Shown here piece by piece: positions 29,424 to 39,196 of a DNA stretch of 64,000 nt. Every line of letters starts with the position of its first letter. Position 1 is the stretch's first letter. Location: the NCBI GenBank assembly GCA_958296175.1, contig OY282448.1, forward strand, positions 2,230,127-2,294,126, read 5' to 3'. Source of the DNA: an uncultured Chloroflexota bacterium. Lineage in GTDB: Bacteria; Chloroflexota; UBA11872. The position numbers and the translations under genes were made by a program. The notes beneath the pieces were generated by a model, which saw only the letters and a program-made list of their open reading frames with translations, did no database searches and was not told the DNA's origin.

Positions 29424-31352
29424 ATGGGGGACGGGGGATGGCTAGACTGGATGCGAAGGGGGCGTGACGTTGGTGGGGCGTTGGGTGTGAATCGGCGGAC
29501 GTTGTTGGGTGCTGGGATTGGGGCGGCGGCGGCTGCGGCGCCGGCGGCGCTGGCGGGGACGCTGCTCGTTGGGCGGTCGTCTGCGTTGCCGCGCGGCGTG
29601 AGCGTGGGCGGTGTCGACGTGGGCGGGTTGACGGCGGACGAGGCGTTGGGGCGGCTGCAGGCCCGCTGGGGCGCGTTTCTGGCCGGCCCGGCCGAGTTTC
29701 AGTTGGGCGGGCGTTCCTGGCGGCCGGCGGCCCAGGACATTGGCGTGCGCGCGGACTTCCAGGCGTCCTTGCGCGCGGTGGTGGTGGCGCAGCCGGCGGG
29801 CGGGCTGCTGGATCTGCTGACGGGCGAGGCGTCGGCGCCGCCCGCGGCACCGCCCGTGATCGCCTACGACCGCGGCACCGCGCGGCGATTCCTGGAGGCA
29901 TTGGGGGCGGGATTCGACCAGCCGGCCACCGACGCGGGGTTGCGCATGCGGGGCGACGGGCGCCTGGAGCTTTCGCCCGGCCAGCCGGGGCGCGTGGTGG
30001 ACGTGGAGCAGGCGCTGCGCGACCTGGAGGCGGGCTTGTCGCGCGCCGCGCCCGGGCACGTGGTGCATCTGCGGTTCCGCGAGGATCGGCCCGCGGTGTC
30101 CACCGAGGCCGCCGAGGCCGCCGCCGCAGCGGCGCGGCGCGTGGTTGGCCAGCCGATCTGGCTGATGCGCGGGAACCGCGGCTGGGTGATAGAGCCAGAG
30201 CATCTGCGCAACGCGCTGGTGATCGACGCCAGCGGCCGCGGCATTGCCGTCGAGATCGAGTTCACCCGCTTCAACGACCTCTTCCACACTATCGAGGACA
30301 CGCTGACGGCCGAGCCTGTCGAAGGCGTGTTCGAAATGAACGAGCGCCAGGATCGCGTGACGGCTTTCAAGCCTGGCAATCCCGGGCAGCGCCTGGACCG
30401 CGCGCAGCTGGAACGCCGCATCCTGGCCGCGGCGCAGCGCGAGGATCAGCGGCGGGTCGACGTGCCGCTCGTCATCTTGAACAAGGAATACGACACCGCG
30501 GCCAACCCCATGGGCATTCGGGATCTGCTGGCCACGGGGTCGTCGGTGTACAAAGGCTCGGCGGACTACCGCGACCACAACATTGCCAACGGGGCGCGCA
30601 AGCTGGACGGCGCGATCGTGCGCCCCGGCGAGACGTTTTCGTTCAACGAGCGCGTGGGCGCGTTCACGCTGGCGCAGGGCTGGGTGGCGGGCAGCGTCAT
30701 CGTGGAAGACCGCACCGAGCAGGGTATCGGCGGCGGCATCTGCCAGGTGTCCACCACGCTGTTTCGGGCCGCGATGGCCGCCGGGCTGCCCATCGAAGAG
30801 CGCTGGCCGCACCTTTACCGCGTGCGGTATTACGAGATGGGGAAGTTCCCGATCGGGTACGACGCCACCATCTTCTCGCCCGGCCCCGACTTGAAGTTCA
30901 CCAACAACTACCAACACCCCATCATGCTGCGCGCGCGGCTCGACCGCCGCCTGTCGACGCTGGACTTCGAAATCTGGGGCGTGAGCGACGGGCGCGAGGT
31001 AACGCTGTCCGAACCGCGCCTGTGGGACTGGGTGGAGCCGCCGCCGGACGAGGCGGTGGTGGACTCGGAGGAAGACCCGGACTACGAAAAGCAGATCGAG
31101 TTTGCCAAGGACGGCGTGAACGCCGAGATTCGGCGCACGATCGCGCGCGCCGACGGCACGCAAACCAGCAGCACGTTTCGATCCACGTATACGGCCTGGC
31201 CCAACCGCTACATCGTGGGCATCGACCAGGCCAAAGAGCGGTTTCCAACCTCGTTCAACACGTGGGTCGACAAAAACCCTGACGAAGCCGCCCGCTGGGG
31301 CGTTACGCGCGTGCCGGGGGCGCCTTCCGACCCCAGCGCGCCGTCGGGCTGA
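29424..31352 (+). CDS. VanW family protein with peptidoglycan-binding (YoaR-like) region; true start may be 29451 or 29487
   Basis: GVSVGGVDVGGLT, RDHNI..LDGAIVRPGETFSFNERVG, GIGGGICQVSTTLFRAA, ERWPH, DATI..PDLKFTN. Confidence 0.92.
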   Translation: MGDGGWLDWMRRGRDVGGALGVNRRTLLGAGIGAAAAAAPAALAGTLLVGRSSALPRGVSVGGVDVGGLTADEALGRLQARWGAFLAGPAEFQLGGRSWRPAAQDIGVRADFQASLRAVVVAQPAGGLLDLLTGEASAPPAAPPVIAYDRGTARRFLEALGAGFDQPATDAGLRMRGDGRLELSPGQPGRVVDVEQALRDLEAGLSRAAPGHVVHLRFREDRPAVSTEAAEAAAAAARRVVGQPIWLMRGNRGWVIEPEHLRNALVIDASGRGIAVEIEFTRFNDLFHTIEDTLTAEPVEGVFEMNERQDRVTAFKPGNPGQRLDRAQLERRILAAAQREDQRRVDVPLVILNKEYDTAANPMGIRDLLATGSSVYKGSADYRDHNIANGARKLDGAIVRPGETFSFNERVGAFTLAQGWVAGSVIVEDRTEQGIGGGICQVSTTLFRAAMAAGLPIEERWPHLYRVRYYEMGKFPIGYDATIFSPGPDLKFTNNYQHPIMLRARLDRRLSTLDFEIWGVSDGREVTLSEPRLWDWVEPPPDEAVVDSEEDPDYEKQIEFAKDGVNAEIRRTIARADGTQTSSTFRSTYTAWPNRYIVGIDQAKERFPTSFNTWVDKNPDEAARWGVTRVPGAPSDPSAPSG

Positions 31353-31501
31353 GCGGCCGCGGACCCTCGGCCGCTGACTCGCGCTGCCGGGGCAGCGCGA
31401 ATGGTTATTCTCAGTGGACGATTCGCGAGCTCCCGCCATTCCGGCATCCGCCGGCATCCAGCGGGCGCCCACGTGGATTTTCTAGATACGACCGCCCAGC
31501 G

Positions 31502-31578
31502 CGGGGAGTGGCGCAGCCTGGCAGCGCGCGGCGTTTGGGACGCCGAGGCCGCGAGTTCGAATCTCGCCTCCCCGACCA
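31502..31578 (+). tRNA. tRNA-Pro (UGG)
   Basis: Acceptor CGGGGAG/CTCCCCG-A-CCA; anticodon arm CGGCG-TTTGGGA-CGCCG; T loop GTTCGAATC. Confidence 0.96.
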
Positions 31579-31634
31579 GCCCGCGGCCGCCGATCTGGCG
31601 AGCGTGACGGTGACGCGCGCGCCGCGGCGGTTCG

Positions 31635-32252
31635 TCAGCTGCCGGCGAGCGGTTTTTCCATCTGCCGAACTTCGGCCGATCCGGTGGCCAGCCGCAGCAG
31701 GAACCCCCGCTGCGTGCGCGTGGTTCGGTATCCCAGCCGTTCGTACAGCCGGATAGCGCCGTGGTTTTCGGCGATGACGCCCAGCAGCATGCGGCGCACG
31801 CCCATCGCGCGGGCCGCCGCCTCGGCCTGCCGCAGCAGCGCCGTCCCGACGCCCATGCCCCGGGCGGAACGGTCGACGGCCAGCGTCTCCACGATGAACG
31901 CGTCGGCCGGGCCGTCTTCGTCCAGCAGCAGCAGGTTGACCAGCACGAGGACGGCGCGGAGCGGCGAGAACCTGGTGACCAGCGCGGCGGCGCGCAGGTG
32001 AAAAAACTCGCGTCCCCCGGCCTGGAAGGTCAAGAGTCCCACGCAGCGCCCGTCGGCGATGGCCGAGAAGCAGCTGGTGCGGTCGACCGAGTCGTGGAAC
32101 AGCCGCACCAGGTCGTTGGCGTCCCGAAAGCCAATGCGTAACTTTGCGGCAAACGCCGCATAGAACATGCGCAGAGCGCCGCTCACGCAGCGCTCGTCGA
32201 TGCCCTCGACGATGTCGAAGTCCCGGGGCGTCACGGCCATGTTTCTGCTCAT
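31635..32252 (-). CDS. GNAT family N-acetyltransferase
   Basis: VETLAVDRSARGMGVGTALL and NHGAIRLYERLGY. Confidence 0.9.
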   Translation of the reverse strand: MSRNMAVTPRDFDIVEGIDERCVSGALRMFYAAFAAKLRIGFRDANDLVRLFHDSVDRTSCFSAIADGRCVGLLTFQAGGREFFHLRAAALVTRFSPLRAVLVLVNLLLLDEDGPADAFIVETLAVDRSARGMGVGTALLRQAEAAARAMGVRRMLLGVIAENHGAIRLYERLGYRTTRTQRGFLLRLATGSAEVRQMEKPLAGS

Positions 32253-32284
32253 CGCATCGTGCAGCGCAGGTGGACGGCCCGGGT

Positions 32285-33145
32285 TCAGCCGATTAGACCG
32301 CGCAGATAGGCGAGGTCGTCGACTTCGCCGCGGGCGCGCAGCGCGATGGCTTCGGGGGTGTATTCGCCCGCGCCGACCTCGGCGATCACATCCTGGTCGG
32401 TGGTGTATTCGGTGTGGACGGTGATGGGGCCGTCGAACTGCCAGGCGCGCAGCAGCGCGATGGCTTCCGGCCACTCGGCGGCGCCCTGACCCAGCATGAC
32501 GAACCCGTCGGCGTAGGCGGCGCGGCGGGTGGGGCGCTGGTCGCGGACGTGGCGCGCGTCCTTGCCGCCCACCGCAGCCAGGCGCTCGCGCAGCATGGGC
32601 AGTCCCAGCTGCACGTCTTCGCCGTTGATCGCCAGGTGGCCCAGGTCGACGTACGCGCCGACCTCGCGCGGGTCGAGGTCCTGCAACAGGTGCCGCATCC
32701 CGGCGCAGTTGGAGCCCAGGCAACTGCCGCTGTGGGTGTGGTACATGGCCTGCACGCCAGTCCGGCGGCTCAGGCGCGCGAACCCCGCCAGACGGCGTTG
32801 GGCGTCCGACCAGACGGCCTCGAAGTCCTGGCCCGGCTCGTATTTGAAGTAACCGATCTTGATGCGCGGGACGCCTGCCGCGGCCGCGGCCTCGAAGAGC
32901 TCGACGGCCTGCGCGGCCGTGGGGTCCGTCAGGCTGGTGGCCGAGGAGATCATGGGGCAGTCGACGCCCAGGCCCCGCCAGGCGCGCACCGCCGCCGGCA
33001 GCTCGCGGGCCGCGTTGCCAGGGTCGATCGCGTGGCCCTCCCGAACGGCCAGGTCCAGGCCGTCGTAGCCCAGGCTGCGCGCCCGTTCGCCCAGCTCGCG
33101 GGCACTGAGGCCGTCCCAAAACTTCGTGAACCGCACGAGCTGCAT
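32285..33145 (-). CDS. Sugar phosphate isomerase/epimerase (xylose isomerase-like TIM barrel)
   Basis: LGYDGLDLAVREG, YHTHSG, DLGH, GKD, FDGPITVHTEY. Confidence 0.85.
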   Translation of the reverse strand: MQLVRFTKFWDGLSARELGERARSLGYDGLDLAVREGHAIDPGNAARELPAAVRAWRGLGVDCPMISSATSLTDPTAAQAVELFEAAAAAGVPRIKIGYFKYEPGQDFEAVWSDAQRRLAGFARLSRRTGVQAMYHTHSGSCLGSNCAGMRHLLQDLDPREVGAYVDLGHLAINGEDVQLGLPMLRERLAAVGGKDARHVRDQRPTRRAAYADGFVMLGQGAAEWPEAIALLRAWQFDGPITVHTEYTTDQDVIAEVGAGEYTPEAIALRARGEVDDLAYLRGLIG

Positions 33146-33267
33146 GTCGGGTCCAATCGCCGAGGCGGATGCGCGCCGCCAAGCATCCCACGGCGCGGCG
33201 CGGCGCGTTTAGTATGGGGCCGCCCGGTCCGAACTGCGCAGCGCCCGCGAACGGGCGGCGGTCTTCG

Positions 33268-33570
33268 ATGGCAAACACCCGACAACAGATTCTGATCCTG
33301 CATCTGGCCGAACCCGACCTCGGCGCCGCCACTGTGGCGTGGGCGCTGTTCGACGGAACCCGGCCCGCCGGTGACCAGCAGATGCAGGCGGGCGACCAGG
33401 CGCAGCCGCCGTATGCCTCGGTGGTGGACGCCATGTACCACGGCTGGCGCGTGCTGCAAACGCCGCGGCTGCCCACCTATCCGCGCGGCGCCGAATACGA
33501 GACCGGGCCGCTGCCGTGGGAATATGTGCTGGAACGTTTCGCGGCGGCGGACAATGCCAATGACGACTGA
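33268..33570 (+). CDS. Small hypothetical protein coupled to a PhyH dioxygenase
   Basis: 100-aa ORF with normal codon pattern (RQQILILHL..WALFDG..PPYASVVDAMYHGWRVLQ..EYVLER), overlapping the next start. Confidence 0.7.
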   Translation: MANTRQQILILHLAEPDLGAATVAWALFDGTRPAGDQQMQAGDQAQPPYASVVDAMYHGWRVLQTPRLPTYPRGAEYETGPLPWEYVLERFAAADNANDD

Positions 33571-34339
33571 CACTCTGGCCGCGCCGCGTCTGTCGGCGGG
33601 CGACATGGCGCGGTTCGTCGTGGATGGATTCCTGGAGTTCGGGGACCTGGTCCCCGCCGACCTGAACGCGCAGGTCCACGCTGACGCGCTGGCCTATCCC
33701 ACCGACAGGCCCTACGACCCCAACAAGCCCCGGGAGTTCTGGGACGCCTCGCCCGCGGTGCGCGAGGTGTTCGACCTGCCGGCCGTGCGGGGCGTGGTGG
33801 AGAGCCTGGTCGGCCCGGAGGCCGTGCACGACCATTCCTATCTGCACACGGTGCCGCCCGGCAAGCGCGAGGCGCAGCGCTGGCACGTGGACTCGAGCCT
33901 GGCGGCCGACCATCCCCGCCAGTTCGACGTGCTGGTCTGCTATTTCCCGCACGACGCGCCGCCGGCCATGGGCCCGACGATGGTGCTGCCGGGGTCGCAC
34001 CTGCGCCGCGTGAGCTATCACGACGTGACGCGCTACAAGAACTTCGTGGGGCAGCGGCAGCTGCACGGCCCGGGCGGCCGCATCGCGTTCTTGCACGAGT
34101 CGCTCTGGCACTGCGCGCAGCCCAACCGCACCGACCGGTGGCGGTTCATGTTCAAGATTCGCTATCTGCCGCGCGTGCCGCAGCAGGGGCTGTTCGACAC
34201 CGACGGCTGGGACGCCGCCGGCATCGACGCGTTCTACAACGACGCGCGGCGGCGGCACCCCTGGGTTGGCGACGGCTTCGCCGCCATGGGGCCGGAACGG
34301 CGGAAGTGGTGGCGCTACCTGGCGGGCGCGCCGGCCTGA
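33560..34339 (+). CDS. Phytanoyl-CoA dioxygenase (PhyH) family Fe(II)/2-oxoglutarate enzyme
   Basis: FVVDGFL, QRWHVD (HxD), YFPHD..GPTMVLPGSH, LWHCAQPNRTDRWRFMFKIRY. Confidence 0.9.
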   Translation: MTTDTLAAPRLSAGDMARFVVDGFLEFGDLVPADLNAQVHADALAYPTDRPYDPNKPREFWDASPAVREVFDLPAVRGVVESLVGPEAVHDHSYLHTVPPGKREAQRWHVDSSLAADHPRQFDVLVCYFPHDAPPAMGPTMVLPGSHLRRVSYHDVTRYKNFVGQRQLHGPGGRIAFLHESLWHCAQPNRTDRWRFMFKIRYLPRVPQQGLFDTDGWDAAGIDAFYNDARRRHPWVGDGFAAMGPERRKWWRYLAGAPA

Positions 34340-34352
34340 GGCGCGCGCCGGC

Positions 34353-35297
34353 TCAGACGGGTTCCGACGCGACTTTCTGGGCGATGACCCCGTACCAGAG
34401 CCGCGGCACCACGTCGAACCGAATCCGATCCACCGCGGCGCAGAGCGCGTCGCTCAGTTCGGCCATGCTGAAGTCGTTGGCGAACGTCAGGTCCCTGGCC
34501 ATGCCGCGCACGAACTCGGGGTAGCGCGATATCGCCTTGAGCGCGGCTTTGGTCAGCTGCACTTCGCTGTCTTCTTCGTGCACGACCTGGAATCCGGCGT
34601 CGGCGATCATCTGCTTGTAGTCCGCGGGCGTGCGGTAGGCCAGCGTCTCGATATGGCGGTTGCGCTTGGCGCCGGTCAGGCGCACGAAGTGCAGCTTCCA
34701 CTCGCCGTGCCCGCGCATCGAATTGCCCACGGCCATCGAGGTGGAGGTGAAGGAGCTGTTGATGGACAGGAACGCGCCGCTGCGCGCCACGTCGGCCAGC
34801 GCGGCGAACACACGGCGCTGGCCTTCTTCGCCTTCGATTTCGTGAATGGCGTCGTGGATACTCACGGAGTCCACGCCCTCCGGCGGCAGGTATTCCTGCA
34901 CCGCCGCCCGCACGTCGCGCGCGTCGCCCTGCACGAAGGTCACGCTGACGTCCTCCGTCGACGGCGTGGCCTTCCGCGCCAGTTCCAGCGCCTGTTCGTC
35001 GTAGTCGAGCGCGATGACGCGGCCGCGGTAGCCGCGCGCCTTGGCTTCTTCGATGATGAGCTGCGGAACTAGACCGGCGCCGGTTGCCACGTCCAGGTGC
35101 ACGAACGGGTTCGGGATGCGTTCCAGCAGCCGCGCCACCAGGTCACGGTTGACCGCGCGGTATTCCGGGATGGCGGAAAAATGGCCGAAGTTCAGATTGA
35201 TCACGAGCGCGGCGTCAGCATGGTCGCGGGCATTGAATGGCACGTCCCTCCATCGAGCGCGGCGAACGGCGTTGGCGTCAGGCCGCGGCGCGCTCAC
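34353..35297 (-). CDS. Class I SAM-dependent methyltransferase
   Basis: HLDVATGAG, ALDYD..LELARK, FVQGDA, DAIHEI. Confidence 0.88.
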   Translation of the reverse strand: MSAPRPDANAVRRARWRDVPFNARDHADAALVINLNFGHFSAIPEYRAVNRDLVARLLERIPNPFVHLDVATGAGLVPQLIIEEAKARGYRGRVIALDYDEQALELARKATPSTEDVSVTFVQGDARDVRAAVQEYLPPEGVDSVSIHDAIHEIEGEEGQRRVFAALADVARSGAFLSINSSFTSTSMAVGNSMRGHGEWKLHFVRLTGAKRNRHIETLAYRTPADYKQMIADAGFQVVHEEDSEVQLTKAALKAISRYPEFVRGMARDLTFANDFSMAELSDALCAAVDRIRFDVVPRLWYGVIAQKVASEPV

Positions 35298-35517
35298 GTC
35301 TCCCCGTATGGTAACGGATGCAAGGTTCGCGGCAGGAGCACTCGGGGCAATTTCTGCACCTCCGCGCGCGGCGCGCCGGCGGGGGCGCGGCGTCCAGGCC
35401 GCCGCTGCCGCGGGCAGCCGCGCCCGCGGCGTTTCGGTACGATCGGCGCGGCGCGGTCGACGGACGTGCGCGGCGCGCGGTTCCCGCCAGAACCGCAGGC
35501 GCCGGGTCGACCGGTTG

Positions 35518-35590
35518 GCGGGGGTAGCTCAGTTGGTAGAGCGCTAGCCTTCCAAGCTGGATGCCGCGGGTTCGAGTCCCGTCCCCCGCT
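35518..35590 (+). tRNA. tRNA-Gly (UCC)
   Basis: Acceptor GCGGGGG/CCCCCGC-T; D loop AGCTCAGTTGGTAGAGC; anticodon loop CTTCCAA; GGTTCGAGTCC. Confidence 0.96.
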
Positions 35591-35726
35591 CCCATGGCTC
35601 GGCGGCCGCGAGGCGCCGCCGCACGTCCGGCCGGCGGCGCTCGGTATCATGCCCGCGCCAGCGGTGCCGGCCGCACGAGCGCGGCCGGCGCCGCGAACCG
35701 CTCGTCACAAACAGAAGGCGCCGGCC

Positions 35727-36731
35727 ATGCGCACCGTTCCCCGCGTCGTGTTCACGCCCGACGGCGCCGCCGCGCTGGATTCGGTCCAGGTCGGCGGCCC
35801 GGCGTCAGGCCAGGTGCTGGTCGACATCCGTACGACCCAAGTCAGCGCCGGGTCCGAGCGCAATGCATTCGAGTCGCCGAGGGACGCGCCCGCCTCGACG
35901 GGTTACACCGCCGTCGGCGTGGTCGCAGAGGTTGGCGCCGGCGTCAGCAGCTACGCGCCAGGCGAGCGGGTGTTGGTCATTGCACCGCACCAGGGCGCCG
36001 TCGCGGTCGACGTGGGCGATCCCGACGACTGGCATGCCTACGTCGGCCGCATTCCCAACGGCGTCACCGACGCGCAGGCGACGTTTGCCGTGCTGGGCGA
36101 CGTGGCCTTGCACGGCGTGCGGCGCGCCCGGCCCTCGTTGGGCGAGTCCGTCGCCGTCTTTGGCCAGGGTCTGGTTGGCCAGCTGACGACCTATTTCGCC
36201 GCCAAGGCCGGCGCGTATCCGGTGATTGCGGTCGACCTGTTGGACGAACGCCTGCAGCACAGCGTGCGCAGCGGCGCGACCCACACGGTCAACGCCGGCC
36301 GCGGCGATCCCGTCCAAGCCGTGCGCGACCTCACCGGCGGCGGTGCGCGGGTGGTCGTCATGGCGGCGCGCGCGGCGGCAGTGTTTGCCGACTGTCTCAA
36401 GGCGGCGGCGCGCGGCGGCACGGTGTGCCTGTCCGGCAGTCCGCCGGGGACGGTGGAAGTCGCGCTGCAGCCCGAACTCCTGCGCCATGAGCTGGACGTC
36501 GTCGGCAACTACCAGCTCGACTATCCGGCGCACCCCTACCATCGATTCCAGTGGACGCGCGCCGCCAACCGCGCCTACGTGTTCGATCTCATTGCCCGGG
36601 GCGAACTGGACGTGGACCACCTGGTTACTCATAACGTGAGCTACCGGGACGCGCCGCGCGTGTACGACATGATCGCGCGCGGCCCCGAAGGCTGGCTCGG
36701 CGTGCTCTTCGACTGGACCGGGCAGGCCTAG
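35727..36731 (+). CDS. Medium-chain (zinc-binding type) dehydrogenase/reductase
   Basis: VSAGSE, GYTAVGVVAEVGAGV, FGQGLVGQ; lacks the canonical catalytic-Zn Cys. Confidence 0.9.
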   Translation: MRTVPRVVFTPDGAAALDSVQVGGPASGQVLVDIRTTQVSAGSERNAFESPRDAPASTGYTAVGVVAEVGAGVSSYAPGERVLVIAPHQGAVAVDVGDPDDWHAYVGRIPNGVTDAQATFAVLGDVALHGVRRARPSLGESVAVFGQGLVGQLTTYFAAKAGAYPVIAVDLLDERLQHSVRSGATHTVNAGRGDPVQAVRDLTGGGARVVVMAARAAAVFADCLKAAARGGTVCLSGSPPGTVEVALQPELLRHELDVVGNYQLDYPAHPYHRFQWTRAANRAYVFDLIARGELDVDHLVTHNVSYRDAPRVYDMIARGPEGWLGVLFDWTGQA

Positions 36732-36787
36732 CGGCGGGCCGCCGGGCGGCAACGCGAACGCGCAGCGCCTCGACGAACGGCTCGTCC

Positions 36788-37018
36788 GTGCGCGTGCTCG
36801 CGTTCGACGGTCCGGGAACTCGGCCGCAGCTGCGCGCCGTGCCGCGGCCAGACGTTCCCTCCCGCGGCGCGCTCGTACGCGCCTCGGCCTGCGGGGTGTG
36901 TGGAACCGATCTGCACGTCCTGCGCGGCCGCGTTGGGGTCGGACGGGTTCGCGGCAGGCTGCTCGGTCGTCACCAAGGGTCAGGCAAGGGTCAGGGCCGA
37001 TCGGCGTGCTGGCGCTGA
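36788..37018 (+). pseudogene. N-terminal fragment of a zinc-dependent alcohol dehydrogenase
   Basis: MRVLAFDGPG..VPRPDVPSRGALVRASACGVCGTDLHVLRG matches the ADH N-terminus, then similarity is lost before the GHE motif. Confidence 0.7.
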
Positions 37019-37066
37019 CGACGGCCAGGCAACGCAAGGCATACACTGAAACCTCGACGGGCGCGC

Positions 37067-37142
37067 GCCCGGGTAGCTCAACCGGCAGAGCGGCGGTTTT
37101 GTAAACCGCAGGTTGTGGGTTCGAGTCCCACCCTGGGCTCCA
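37067..37142 (+). tRNA. tRNA-Thr (UGU)
   Basis: Acceptor GCCCGGG/CCTGGGC-T-CCA; anticodon arm GCGGT-TTTGTAA-ACCGC; GGTTCGAGTCC. Confidence 0.95.
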
Positions 37143-37271
37143 GGCCCCGCCGCGGCCCGACGGGTCGTCCGCCGACGCACCAGCTGCCCAAGCGGCTGCG
37201 GCATACTCGGGGAATGTCCGGCGTCCGCGGGCGTCTGGCGGCAGTGTGAACCGCGTCGAAGGGAAGGCAGA

Positions 37272-37457
37272 ATGCACGAACAGACCCAGCGCACGCTCAC
37301 CCGCCGTCGGTTCGGGCGAGCCCTTGCCGTCGGGGTCATGGTCCTTGCGCTCACCAGCGGCGCGTGCGGCGGCGGTTCCGATGGGAGCGCGGGCAGCCGC
37401 GACGACCCGTTCCCCTACAAAGACCCGAACAGCCGCTGCGGCAACGTGAGCTGCTGA
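37272..37457 (+). CDS. Small putative Tat-exported lipoprotein (61 aa)
   Basis: GGAAGG RBS; LTRRRFG twin-arginine-like motif, hydrophobic stretch, TSGAC lipobox-like site. Confidence 0.55.
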   Translation: MHEQTQRTLTRRRFGRALAVGVMVLALTSGACGGGSDGSAGSRDDPFPYKDPNSRCGNVSC

Positions 37458-37466
37458 CCCGGCGAA

Positions 37467-38018
37467 TCAAACCGCCGCGTCGTCCAACGTCTGCCAGCCC
37501 AGCCCGCGGCGGTGGTCGAAGAACGCGAGCTGCACGGGCGCGCGCGGCGCGGCGCCCCGCACCAGCGCCGGCGCCAACGCGGGCAGCTCGGGCGGCGAGA
37601 ATTCATCCGTCGACCGCCGCAAGGCCTCCATCGACCACCAGCGATGCCCGTCCACGATGTCCTGCTCCAGGCCGCCCATCCCAGAGCAATCGATGCTCGG
37701 CACGCCTGGCGCGCGCGCCAGGAAGTAGCGCTCCCGGCTGAAGATGTCGCGTCCGTGGAGCGACCACAAGCTCTCGCCCGTCCAGACGCACGGCCCGACC
37801 AGGTCGCCGGAGACGCCCGTTTCTTCGACGAGCTCGCGCCGCGCGGCGTCCTCGAAGCTCTCGCCTGGTTCCAGCGCGCCGCCAGGCAACAGCCAAAAGG
37901 CCGGGGGAGTCTCGATGCGAAACAGCAGCACCTCGCCGCGGCCGTTCAGCAGCACCACCCGAGCGCCGGGCCGGTCCACAGGCTCGGGCTGCGGCATGGG
38001 GTCGGGTCTCGTCCGCAT
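37467..38018 (-). CDS. NUDIX hydrolase
   Basis: Nudix box PGGALEPGESFEDAARRELVEETG. Confidence 0.95.
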   Translation of the reverse strand: MRTRPDPMPQPEPVDRPGARVVLLNGRGEVLLFRIETPPAFWLLPGGALEPGESFEDAARRELVEETGVSGDLVGPCVWTGESLWSLHGRDIFSRERYFLARAPGVPSIDCSGMGGLEQDIVDGHRWWSMEALRRSTDEFSPPELPALAPALVRGAAPRAPVQLAFFDHRRGLGWQTLDDAAV

Positions 38019-38170
38019 GGCGAACCCAGGCTACAGCGCGCCGCCGCCGGGCGCGGGAAGCTGCGGTCGAACGGAACCATGCGTCCTGCGGGTAGAATCC
38101 CGCGAGTATGCTGGCGCGGGCCTGGCGTGCGGCGGCGCGCGTGCCATCGATGGAGTGCACTGAGCAGCCC

Positions 38171-39196
38171 ATGCGTGTATTGGTGACAGGCGGGGCCGGG
38201 TTCATGGGCAGCCATGCCGTGGACCGCCTGCTGGCCGCCGGCCATCAGGTTACCGCCGCCGACAGTCTGGTCGGCGGCTACCGCGAGAACGTCGACCCTG
38301 CGGCCGCGTTCGTCGTCTGTGACCTGGCCGACCGCCAGGCCGCCGCCGACCTGATCGAAGCGTCGGCGCCAGAGGTCGTCTTTCACTACGCGGCCGACGC
38401 CACGGAAGGCCGCAGCCAGTTCACGCCGCTGAGTTCCACGGACAACAACATCGTGGCCTACATGAACACGCTGGTGCCCGCCATCGACCAGGGCCTGAAG
38501 AAAGTCGTGCTCGTCAGCTCCATGAGCGTGTACGGCGCGCAAGAGCCGCCGTTCGTCGAGACCATGCGGCGCATGCCCGAGGACGTGTACGCCGCCATGA
38601 AATCCGCCATGGAAGCGTCCACCGAGCACCTGTCGGCCGTCCACGGATTCGACTACGCCATCTTCCGCCCCCACAACGTCTACGGCGAGCGGCAAAACCT
38701 GGCCGACCCCTACCGCAACGTGGTGGCGATCTTCATCAACGCGCTGCTGCGCGGGCGCGCCATTCACATCTACGGCGACGGCGAGCAGCGCCGTGCGTAC
38801 TCCTACATCGGCGACGTCACCCCCGCCATCGTCGACGGCGGGTTGAGCGACCGCTCCAACGGCCAGATCTTCAACGTCGGCTCCTCGGAAGACGTCTCGA
38901 TCAATCAACTGGCCGACGTGGTGCGCGACGTGTTCTTCGACGGCGGCCCTTGGCCCGCAGGTCAGGAGCCGCAATCGCTCCCGCCCCGCCCGCTCGAAGT
39001 CAAGAACGCCTACTGCTCTCACGCAGCGGCGGAGCGCCGCCTCGGCTTCGTCAACGCCACCACGCTGCGCGCAGGCGTCCAGGCCATGGTCCACTGGGCC
39101 CGCACCACCGGCCCTCGCGAACCCGCCTACCTCCCCAACAACCTGGAAATCGGCGCCGACCGCGCCCCGGCCACCTGGGTCGAGAAGCTGATCTAG
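38171..39196 (+). CDS. NAD-dependent nucleotide-sugar epimerase/dehydratase
   Basis: VLVTGGAGFMGSH, SSMSVYG, YAAMK (YxxxK), RPHNVYGERQ, IYGDGEQRRAYSYI. Confidence 0.95.
   Translation: MRVLVTGGAGFMGSHAVDRLLAAGHQVTAADSLVGGYRENVDPAAAFVVCDLADRQAAADLIEASAPEVVFHYAADATEGRSQFTPLSSTDNNIVAYMNTLVPAIDQGLKKVVLVSSMSVYGAQEPPFVETMRRMPEDVYAAMKSAMEASTEHLSAVHGFDYAIFRPHNVYGERQNLADPYRNVVAIFINALLRGRAIHIYGDGEQRRAYSYIGDVTPAIVDGGLSDRSNGQIFNVGSSEDVSINQLADVVRDVFFDGGPWPAGQEPQSLPPRPLEVKNAYCSHAAAERRLGFVNATTLRAGVQAMVHWARTTGPREPAYLPNNLEIGADRAPATWVEKLI

Noticed and set aside
35518..35594. tRNA-Gly (and tRNA-Thr GGU) lacking an exact encoded CCA
   Set aside because: Common in bacteria that have a CCA-adding enzyme.
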